A stretch of 63,380 nt of DNA, counting the filler, from Nemertoderma westbladi (lineage: Eukaryota; Animalia; Xenacoelomorpha), in assembly GCA_032718475.1 (NCBI GenBank). It is 4 parts of 4 records of this genome, joined end to end, with 100 filler letters (N's around TTAATTAATTAA, not from the genome) between each part and the next. Parts side by side here need not be neighbours in the genome. Positions count along the whole stretch, not along the records: positions 1 to 19,296 come from JAUCBJ010003177.1; 3 more parts are not named here. One strand, written 5' to 3'. Made by a program: the position numbers and the translations under genes. A model generated the notes under the pieces. That model ran no database searches. It had not been told where the DNA came from and worked only from the letters and a program-made list of their open reading frames with translations. Of the stretch, positions 1 to 11,000 are shown one piece after another (the stretch's first letter is position 1; each line of letters opens with the position of its first letter).

Positions 1-444
1 TCTTTCAGTTTCAGAGATAATCATAGTTAGAAATATACACTGTATACAGTATTATCAAACAATATCTTCAATAATAATTGTGTAAAAAGAGACTTCCCCT
101 TTCACCAAGTAAATATATACTAATATACATGTTCAGGTACAGATGATAAATATTCTCCCTCGGGTTTTAATCTTATCTTTTACAATTGCAATGTTTGTTA
201 TAATAATGCGGGGCTTTTGCGGATGTCGATATTAGTTTTCAAATAACATTATGCGAGTTCTGAAGTCCACAGTTTTAAATAACATTAGATATGACCAAAA
301 CAATGATATAATTCATTTTTATCCATCCATAGTTAGTTATTGATTGAAATACGTAATATAGATAATAATTATATATGAGTATATAATAAGTATATGAATA
401 TATGAGTATAATGATATTCGTAATGGGTCACTAATACAGTGTTC

Positions 445-853
445 AGTGTTGAGGCAGCACTAACTCATTCAGTGTTGATGTAAGCACTGATTCATGCTGG
501 GTTGAGGCAAACACGGACTCATTCAATGTTGATGCGTGCTCTGATTCAGGCTGGGCTGGGTTGAGGCAAGCACTCACTCATTGAGCCTTTAGGCAAGCCC
601 TGACTCATTAAAGGTTTAGGCAAGCACTGACTCATTCATTGTTGAGTCGATCACTGACTCATTCATTGTTGAGTCGATCACTGACTCATTTATTGTTGAG
701 TCAATCACTGACTCATTCAGAGTTGAGGCAAGCACTGACTCATTCAAGGTTTAGGCAAGCACTGACTCCTTCATTGTTGAGTCAATCACTGACTCATTCA
801 TTGTTGAGTCGATCACTGACTCATTCATTGTTGAGTCGATAACTGACTCATTC
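445..853. repeat. 27-bp tandem minisatellite (~15 units), consensus ACTGACTCATTCATTGTTGAGTCGATC
   Basis: Repeats are directly visible. The ORF 639-842 (SLTHSLLSR)n gives a 9-codon period. Units degrade leftward. Confidence 0.9.
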
Positions 854-1565
854 TGCTGAGCTGTCGATTTGGATGTGTACTAATAGGCCGAAGGCCGTTG
901 GAAATAATCTGAGTTTTTGTTATCAGTATTAATAATCACAGTAATCAATAATAGCACAGTCTGAATATAATAGCATGCAATACAGCGGTTAGTGACGACG
1001 ACGACGGTCAAAACTGTTCCGGTCTCACAACTGTAAGGAAACCAACTAAACTGGTAATCAATAATCACAATGGTTATATCATTGACACATGTTAAATTAC
1101 CCCTACATTACAGGGTGGCCTAACTATCCAATAGATGCGCTCTAATCACCCCCAATGTGCTTTCCCGCCCACTATTGGCTTAACCTGATTAATTGTCACC
1201 TCGGCACTCGACTCCCTGTTGCCGTTATCCCTTTGTGCTAGCCTTACTAGCTTGTTTGTCCCTCTGAGGTGGTTTGACCTCTCACCTCTCTCTGTGGCTT
1301 ACGGCGCTTCAATTCCGCTGGAATCCAATCTAATATTGAATGTTGGGTGGAATTTTCTTCTCGGATCAGCCTTCCACGCCTCCCCCCATGGGTCTGTTAT
1401 CACTGCCCATCCTTGGTACATCTGCGAGCTATGTTGTACCAAGGCATCTGGCGTCTCTGTTTTAGATGATCGCCCTCACTCCTCACACAATTTTCCTCAC
1501 GGACTTTATTGTCCCTTCCTCTCTTGCCAGTCCCTTGGGACTCATCCCCCTCTATGCTCGCTCCC

Positions 1566-2019
1566 AGGTCAGGTCAGGTATTCTAGGTCATTGATCAATA
1601 AAACTTGCCACCTCCATGCAGCATAAAGGAGGTGCCACCTGTAGCTGCATAGACCCTCTTACTAGGGCAAATCTGGTCCTGTAACTAGGACCCCCTTCGT
1701 TCTGGGATAAGGACGCCCTTGGTCCTGGATTAAGGACCCATATACTTGGCTGCAGGGGTATATGGCCTGACCAGGCAGATGGTGATCTACCAATGGCTGG
1801 TTAGGAGTAGAGTGTTCTCATGTCCACTCTGAGAGCACTTCACTGCGACCTGCACCTGGCAGCAAGGGTACAGGGCATGACCCAGCAGATGAGCCGCAAC
1901 AGCCAATGGTGGGTCATGTACGCCAGAGTAGATATGGGTGATGGGCCTCATATCTGACTCCATTGCGACACCTACCCTGTGGAATGGCAAACCAGGGTGT
2001 GGTATTTGCCCCGAGAGAG
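1566..2019 (+). mobile_element. 454-bp non-coding retroposon related to the RTE LINE 5' UTR, with 12-bp TSD
   Basis: Flanked by ATGCTCGCTCCC at 1554-1565 and 2020-2031. Ends in a short (GA)n tail. 1720-2015 is colinear with the RTE 5' UTR at ~50185-50485. Confidence 0.8.
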
Positions 2020-2420
2020 ATGCTCGCTCCCCACACTTGAATCTCGCACCTCTTCTACTTCAAAAAACTATAGCACCTTCTCCCCATACTTCCCCCATTT
2101 CCCCATACTCAACCCATTCTCGTTCTCACTCTCCATACCCTCCTGTCGGGCTCCCACATTCTCACTAGTGCGGCTGCACTTGAGAAATGGGATCCGTCTA
2201 ATGTCTCGTCCTCCTGTTCTAGCAATTGGTCCCCAATCCCAGTAGCTAGTTGGAAAAGGTTATATTCGACGATAGTACATATGTAGATTATATTGGATAT
2301 TAATTAATTAATTTTACGTACGTACATACTAATTGCACTTAATTAATTGCACTTAGGAGTTTGTACTGTTGCATTGATGTGGTGCCTTCCAGGCACACTT
2401 ACACCCCCTGTCTCTAAGTT

Positions 2421-3760
2421 CTAGTTTGCTCCTCCCGCCTTCGGGAACCATCTGAGTTCCTTGCCCCTATCGTCATCTTGCCTGGGCCGCTTCCTTCCTT
2501 CCTGTTTATCCTTGAGGCTACTCATCCTCGTCAATACCATCTTACCAAGCCCTGTTGTTGGTTCTTTGGGCACAGGTGTTATCAACTCCCAGTATCGCTT
2601 CCCAGGTGGTCCCACTGAGTCTCCCTCCTGTCTCCCTCTGGTAGCGTCCCACAAGATCATATTGCGGCCCACTCCTCGAAAATCCGGAACTTCTCCTCAT
2701 CGTCTATCCAGTCGCACTGGCGCTCAAAGTGCCCTCTAAACTTGCACTTCGAACATCTGTTGTGCAACCTCGGACACGCACCCATCTTATGAGTAGACTC
2801 GCGGCAGTAGAGACACGCCGTCCCCTTCTGGATTTGGTATAGACAGTTCTTTTGCTGATGGGTTAATCTCCCACAGTAATCGCAACCATGTACCATTGTG
2901 TCCACCCCAAGTCGTCCTTGGCTCAGCGTGGCCTCCTGGGTCTATGGAGCCGCTGGTAGACAAACATCTGGATGCTGTCTTCCCTACCCATGTCGATGTC
3001 CTCCTCCACCCTCGGCATTGTTTCTCCAAACACTACCCATGGTGCCATCCCTGGTTGCTCGCCCAGCCTGATCGTACTCGCCGCAAAGTCCATTGCCGGC
3101 TCCCCGTGCTCCCAGGACCACTTACCGGGTTTGTCCCTGAAGGCTCTCGCCCTGCTGGCCGTCACCACCCTCCCATCCACCCAGTCCGTGTCTGAGTGGC
3201 CGATCCTCGCTATCGGCGGCATCGCCCCGAACACGTACTCCTCTTCTTCCCCTGCTGGAGCCGCAATCCTCTCTATCCGAACTCATCCTCTTCTTCCTCC
3301 CCTGCCAGGAGCAGATCCGAACCCGGTAGCCCGGTTGATCCACTGTGTCCCTTTCCACCCTGGTATCTGCCCATAACCTTCCACCCTTCTACCTCCCTCG
3401 GTCTCTTCCTTCCGATGTCGCCCTCAGATCTCGCTGGCATGGGCATTCTTTGCAACCCCGATGACAACCCCCGATTGACTGTGTCGGTGTCTCTTCCGTC
3501 TAACCCAGTTAGTCCCCCAGCCGAAACTCATCTGAGGTCTCCGATCCCCACCTCAACTCGTCCAAGTCCTGGGCTTCAAACTCATACTCCCCTTATATCC
3601 GCTTCTCTGCTCGCTGCCTCCCTTCTCTCTCTCCTGGCGACCTCCTCTAGTCACTTCTCCTCGACCCTATCCGCCTCCAGTTTCCTCAATTGTTTGTACG
3701 GTGTGTCTACCTCTCTGTCCACTAGGTGTCAGGTATCGTAATATACTGACTCGCCCTTCA
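2421..3760 (-). pseudogene. Frameshifted gag-like ORF remnants with three CCHC zinc knuckles
   Basis: ORF 2657-2905 reads CDYCGRLTHQQKNC, CLYCRESTHKMGAC and CSKCKFRGHFERQC (three CX2CX4HX4C). An E/R-rich coiled-coil segment lies upstream at ~3600-3730. Confidence 0.65.
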
Positions 3761-4985
3761 GCCCCGGTCTACAAGACCCTCTAAGGCCACCTTAAAGGCT
3801 CTCCTGTGATTCAGAGGTGCTCCTGATAGTAAAAACGCCGTCGGCTCCCTCTGACGATACCGAATCTTCGGGGTTCACCTCGGATTCGGTGTCGTGTGGG
3901 TCCGCCCATCCCACTAACTTAATCCGCCTCGCATCTACCAGATAAGGCCCTACGTACACTACACTGGCCTCCACCACCTCGGATCGCTACAATTCGAACA
4001 GTTCTGTGGCGACCCCCCTCGCCCTCTCACTTGCTAGTTCCCCCTGCCCAAATCGGACTAGATAGCAAAAATGTTCATTGCACTCACATAGCCTTTGGTA
4101 CAACTTGGGCTGGTCTACCTTTCTCCCCTCCCTAGCATCCTTGAACATCCTCTTGGTGGCGTTGTATCCTCTTTGCAGGCAATCACTCGTCCCGATGTTT
4201 TCCTTGTGGACTTTGCCTTCCCTCCTTGTCTGGCGCCGTTTCGTCGGCCCCACCATCGCCATTCCGGTGGGCCGTTCGCCGCCCTCAGCCAGTGATTGGC
4301 CGGAGACTTTGGTACCTCGCTCGCCGCTTTGGTCTCGTGTCGACTCGTTCTCCTCTCCTCCTCATACTCGGCCGCCTTCATCCTCGACGTCCGGCGCGTC
4401 CCTCGTTGGCAAATCCAGGGTGGCGGGCCGGTACCACCCCGTCGCCGCCTCCCGAATCATTTGGTCTCTATCGCTCGGGGTGCGTGGCGGAGTTCCTCCC
4501 CTTTCCAAACCTCGGGGCGTGTGTTCGCTCATTTTGGCCTCATTGTGTTGTGGTCACAGTTTATTTGTTGGTAGATGGCAGTTTAATTCGGCAGTTTTGA
4601 CTGTGACGGGAGCCAATGGAGTTGGCAGTATCGGCTCCCGACCGGTGTGTGAGTTGTATGTGTCGCCACATCCGTGAGCTGCTGAGCTGTCGATTTGGAT
4701 GTGTACTAATAGGCCAAAGGCCATTGGAAATAATCTGAGTTTTTGTTATCAGTATTAATTTTCACAGTAATCAATAATAGCACAGTCTGAATATAATAGC
4801 ATGCAATATAGCGGTTAGTGACGACGACGACAGGTCAAAACTGTTCCGGTCTCACAACTGTAAGGAAACCAACTAAACTGGTAATCATTAATCACGATGG
4901 TTATATCATTGACACATGTTAAATTACCCCTACACTATAGGGTGGCCTAACTATCCAATAGATGCACTCTAATCACCCCCAATGT

Positions 4986-6893
4986 TGGCTTGTTGAATGA
5001 TACAGCAAACAAAACCTTTTAATGTTGGACTATATATGGACGTGACCGTTTACTATGCAAACTATGTACGGCTCTGTCAATCACACGCTCCTTTCTCTGT
5101 CGATTTCTCAACAGAGAGCTAACTGTTCGAATTTATAAGCCAAACAGCAATAACCAAAACAATAAATCTGAAATGGCTCCCTAAGCTACTTAATATGAGT
5201 GCGGGTGGTTTGCACTCGGTGTTCATTTACCACAGAGAAATACATGCAGTCACTGGGTGAAACAATGTCGAATGTGAGAATTTTTTAATATTGTAACCAA
5301 ATAGGATATTAATTTGCCCTAATGTCGAAACTTGGTCTTGCGCTGGTTTAAGCCAGCGATCTTACTACTGCGCTACCCTAGCTACCACTGTCAGCCTGCT
5401 AACCCGCTATTTTCTAATAACCGCCTTTGAATATTCTATGGTATTTCTAAGCGTAATTTACCCAACTATTATCTGCTATGCAGCGTACAAGTTCTTAAAT
5501 TTTTATTCTAAATGCTAAATAAATTACAGTGTCTCAAAAAATACAGAATTGCGTACTAATTACTAAGTATTCCAGAATACGTATTACTAATTTATTACGT
5601 TACTGAGTTATACTAGCAACAGCCTAAATACCGTATTATTTTGACCTAACAGCAATTAATAAGCATAAGCTTAGAAATAGAAAACAATCAAGAGGAGTAG
5701 CGCCTATCTAAACATTACAATCAAGCATCAGGCACTGTTTAACAACACAACATAAAATAGCGTTAGCAACACACTATATAAGGCGCTAATAGCACTAATG
5801 ATGGCGCTAGTAATAGCGCTAGTGTAAGAGGTCAAGACCACCCAAGTTACATGCGGTCTTCCTGGCTAAACCCACTAGGCTACCATTGCACTGCAACGCC
5901 GAGACGAAATCTGGATTGTCAGCCCCCAAATGCTGTAATGACGACCGGTCCCCGGTCCCCTAACTGATTAGCCCGACCACAACTAATGGCCCCCCACCAG
6001 CATTGCCCCACATTGGATCCTCCACTCCTCCTTCCGTCGCTTCCACAGTGCGCCCGCTATGCCTACCGGTACCCTTAGCCCATCATGCGAAAGCGAACAA
6101 TTACCGTATCGGCGCATGCATTTACAAACAGTCTGACAGTTGAAAGGAAAATCTGTGTAAGGATTTGCTACATCGCAATCGCAAAGATTAAAGAAATCAA
6201 GAGTCAATCTAAGCAGTAATCATTTTTCAAAGTTGTAATCATGCAGGCATAACAGCAGAAATCAGTATTTGCAATTTACAGAATCAACAGAATTAACACT
6301 AATCATTAAGCGAACATTAACGAAGATTAAGAAGTGTATAAGTGAACCAACCGAACAAAAAATAGGTATGACGCAATGTCTATATCATTTGGTCCAACAA
6401 AATCCTACTTACTGTTAAACCAACCCAAATATCTAAACCAATGAGAGAGCCGTATTGCTGCCCTGTGCCTCTCAAAATCTCAAATCATTACCATATATGG
6501 TAATAAATCTGTCTTGGTGGGCTTATAGGTCTATAGCCGTAACATTAATTTCGCGATTATTAAAGCACATTTTAGAGTTAATTTGGTATAACATTAGTTT
6601 ATAGGGAAATACGAATTGAATTAATACAAATACACATTAGGTTCAATTAATATCAATAAACGGCAAATTCGTATTAATGTTTTATAAAAGTTTGCCACCG
6701 TAAAATTATATGCTAAGGTTTTATTATAAAATTACATACGTAAGGCTAAATACTGTATAAAATTAGTTGAATATAATGAACTCGTATATTTTATTTTCCC
6801 TATCTAACGACGGCTGTACATCAATATAACTTATCTAATTATTCTATACTGTATGATGGACTGTTCTAGTACACAACGCCATTTATTGTAACA
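4986..6893. repeat. Unclassified ~1.9-kb insertion splitting the 5' LTR; interspersed repeat family member
   Basis: LTR homology stops at 4985 and resumes at 6894. 5040-6250 is colinear with 48150-49400. No long ORF and no TSD are visible. Confidence 0.75.
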
Positions 6894-8011
6894 CCGCCCA
6901 CTATTGGCTTAACCTGATTAATTGTCACCTCGCCACTCCCTGTTGCCGTTATCCCTTCGTGCTAGCCTTACTAGCTTGTTTGTCCCTCTGAGGTGGTTTG
7001 ACCTCTCACCTCTCTCTGTGGCTTACGGCGTGTGTCGCCCCAGTTTGTTATGAGGTGAGATTATTGGTAATCTCACCTCGCCAACTATAATTGGTAAAAT
7101 GCCACTAATCCCATTTTCGGTGGGTAATGTACGGAATTGAATCCGCTTACATCAGAGGATAAAACCTGAATGGTAACTAAATAATATAATCACTCAAAAA
7201 CTTATAATTTATCAAAACATTTAATATTTCGCAGATAGGGGAGGGGGTCGGCACTTTCGACACAATTAAATTCATCCCTCTCCAAGGGAAAATCTGATTA
7301 CTCCTGTAAAACTGTATCCTGTTCCATTGACATTCGTTTATTGTTTTGGTTAGAGGTACCACTGTAACCTGCTCGTTTCCCTAAATTTATAATTTAACAT
7401 TGACATGAGTAATCTATTCACCGAGATGGCATTTCTGTTAAGTCGCCCCCCGCCGTCTCACATGTGGAAGACGATAAATGGGTCTAAGCTAATTAATAAT
7501 CTAATAAATTCTAGTCTAATAAATTATATCACATTTAAATAACAACAAATAACTGTAAGAAGAAGAAATAAAGTAAACGTTAAGAAATCATATTAGCGTT
7601 AGCTATGCACAATTATGGTCATAATAACATATAGTATATAAAATCATTTAATAAATCAAAGAACATTCACATCATACATATTTATTAGGTAGGTAACACT
7701 CTGCTATCATTTTGCTACTATATGCTGGAGGCTTACTTATGTTCCTTCTCTAGTACTGTATAATATCAGTTGCAAAAATTAAAAGAAACTGAAATATTAC
7801 TTTATATCCAAGTTGGTCAAAACAAAAATACAAATACAACCGTTATAATTAAAAAATTTCGTGTTGGTATCTATTTTACTAAGCGGGAGATTAATAAAAT
7901 GTAAGAAAGAGCTTTATGGATCACAATAATAAGTAATGGCCAAGAGGCGTTCAAGTATAAACCTCTACACCAAAAGTATAAACTACAATAATTTTTACCT
8001 TTGTAAATTTC

Positions 8012-11000
8012 TTAATATCCAATACATTCATCAACCAATCTGAAACATGAACCTTTAGTTGAAACCTCAACCTGAACCTCTACCTTAGGCTTTTGACGCG
8101 AGCGACGGTGTCGTCTATTAATCGGTCTCTGATCTGTCAGTAATGGAATGAGCTTACAACAAGTTGTAACACAGCTAACAGCTAAGTTGTAACAAACTAA
8201 CTGCTTCGATGATGTTTCAGACACGAGGAATCTACTTCCTAAACCAATCGTTAAAACATTTCCGAAACCATTAACATTTATAGCAGAAATTATCTCAAAA
8301 TGAGAGACGCTATTTTTCGTTTTGCTTCCAGAGTTTTCACGGTAAATGCCAACACGTTGTTTGCCATCTTCTTTTATGCCTATTAACCAATGAGATTTAT
8401 CTGACAACCATAAAGCCATATCACCAATAGGATATGCCCTTCCACAGTCCACAGTATGCCATGGACCACTAAGTACAAAGATGCCCATTCTGCAATGATA
8501 CCTATACAATGTTAGGAGACTCTTCTCAGCCTCAAAAAACCCGAAACTAAGACCAAAATAACTATGGTGGGTGACCAATACACCAGGGTGCTGTTCTAAA
8601 TAACTGAGCTTCACAGCAGTGAATTCTTTGATATCAATTGTAATGAGGATATTTGGAGATATTAGTACCCAAGCTGACGTATTATCGAACACACCGATTC
8701 TTTGAATACTTCCAATAGTTGTGAGTGTAGAAGTTCCTGCTATTGGACCACCAGATGTAAGTCCTAAAGCATCTATGGAGAGGCACAGATGTCTAATGCT
8801 GATGTTCTTACAATTGCCAAGGTAATGTTTGTTTATATCATATAGACAATGTTCTGTTCCTATCAACCAGTAATTATTACAAGCTGCCAGGAATTTTATT
8901 TGATCTCCAAAGGGGCAACTCTTATTCTGATTTATACTAATAGCTTCTCCATCTAATGAGAATGAATCTGCATTCCAATCATTCACATATATTACAATAC
9001 GTCTTCTCCTATTGTCAAGTATCCCAAGGCGTCCAAAACCATCGGACGCCATGGCACAAATGTTTACTCCCAATTCTGAGAAGTTCGTTCTTGATATTTC
9101 AACAACATTTGGACACCCAATTATTTCTTTTTCATATTGATTTACGTTAAATTCAACAGCTGTCGATATAACATCTATTGTGTGTTCGTTTTCTTTAACT
9201 TTCAGCTTCGGGCCATGATCATAAGAAAGTGCATTATCAGTTTGTCTATTAAGCCCTGTTATTTGTCCCTTTTCAGATATACCGGTATTGATATTTAAAA
9301 TATTTGTCACGGATGGTATTTCGCCTGTATATTTTTCACACTCATGCTTTTGCGTAACATTTGAAGTCTCAATAACTTTGGCATTTAAGGCAAGTGATAA
9401 AATGTCTTCTGAAGCATCAACTATTGTGGTTGTTTTTGAATCTGAACCATCGTAAATAGTATTAGCTGACAGTGAGACGTTGCTATTTGAAGCCTCAACA
9501 GTAGCACTTGTTGATAGGGATTTAACTAAGATCTCATCAACAGTTGTTAATTCCAGTGATTCAATATTTTCTGAAAACTTATCACCATGACAGCTGGCAA
9601 TATTTTTTACCAATAGTTTAATTTCTCCCAGCAACGCTGCAGTTAGCGACACTATTTCGTCTGTGTCTTTCTTGCGCCTCCGGTTTTGCCTATAACTAGA
9701 ATCATAATAGTCGTTATTTTCAACCTGTAAATCATGTACTGAAATTTGCCCACATTTATTATATACCGTATTTGCATTCAATACATCAGCTGTAGAATTG
9801 TGCTTCGGTGTTCCCTGTTCAAGATTTCCAACTTGACAATTTTGGCCATGACTACGATAATGTACTTGACTTACAAGTGATACGTCATCAAATGAAATCT
9901 GTCCAATTAGTATATTAAAGGATCTTGTAATTAAACTACTTTCTTCCTTTAAAAACTTTATGTCAGGTACAGCTATGATATCAACTTTAGAAATGCATGT
10001 TAGGAGTTCCTGAAGTTGTTCATTTAACAATTTGGCTTTCTTAAGCTGTTTAATTATTTCTGTGTTGCTCAATTTCCAGTAATATTCTTTCAAATCTCTT
10101 TCCTTTGGCATCACAATATTAATGAAATGCTTCCTACATTCGACTGCATTTGCTGTCCATTTTTCCTCATAATCGACCACAGACTTTTGCAGGTGTACTT
10201 TTCCAGCATTTAATGATTTAAAAATATTACAAAAGTATTTCTCAATATCACACTCGCAAATTTTGCTTAAGTCATGTATTTCTTGTAACATTTCATTTGG
10301 GATTGCCAAAAGTGTACATATGTGGGTATTGGATTTGATAAAAGTTTCCTTTATTTTATTTCTGATATCGTCCGCTACTGATCTAATTGATTTCACATCG
10401 TGCTTGTCACATGCTTTTAGCTGACAATGGCAACGACGACAAACAACAATCTCACATCTTTCACAGTAATATCGTTTTTGAGCTGGACAAGTTGTGCATA
10501 TTTCATAATTTTCTTTGGCTGGAGCTGGTTGATTAGGTTCAATATGTCGCATTGTTTCAAAATTATTTGAAACTGCTCTGTTTTCTGCAACATGAGCCTC
10601 ATCGTGTGGTTCCAATATATCAATGCAATCTAGAGCCTCAACATTATCCCATTGCGATAATTCAATTTTATCTGGAGTCTTAACGAATTGACATAATCCC
10701 TGTGATTCAATGTTCTCTGAAGCAGCAGTGACAGACACTATTTTGCTTGTATCTCTGACAATATCATCACTTATAAGTTTTCGCCCGCAACTATAAGCAG
10801 ATATATTATTATCAGCCTGAAGATTATGTACGGAAATTTTAACACCCTCTTCACATTTATTGAAATTAAACGTTTCTGCTGCAGGCATAACTTTCATTGA
10901 TTGATGTTCAAAGTTGTCAATTTCACATTTTTGATCACAATAATATACTTGATTCTGAAATGGCACATCATCAACTGAAATATTCCCAATTATAACATTC

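Larger units (their letters stand above)
854..7151 (-). mobile_element. Non-autonomous BEL/Pao-family LTR element, copy 1 (truncated 3' LTR 854-~1306; 5' LTR 4602-4985 plus 6894-7151)
   Basis: 854-1159 is nearly identical to 4680-4985, and 1166-1306 matches 6894-7030. LTR termini on the minus strand are TGTAAG...CCGTCACA, as in the LTRs at 24391 and 49603. The leader and first ORF remnants (3790-4560) are homologous to 54000-54680. No RT is visible. Confidence 0.85.

Noticed and set aside
445-853. CRISPR or coding (67-aa ORF) reading of the 27-bp repeat
   Set aside because: The variable halves are recurring variants, not spacers. The ORF is a by-product of a 27-bp period.
1615-1655. Twister ribozyme (ATGCAGC...GCTGCAT)
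   Set aside because: It lacks the UAA cleavage-site motif, the conserved L4 loop and the GAG strand.
5983-6207. 74-aa Cys-rich ORF (CQTVCKCMRRYG)
   Set aside because: The homologous copy at ~49.2 kb has frame-breaking indels and stops; conservation is at the nucleotide level.
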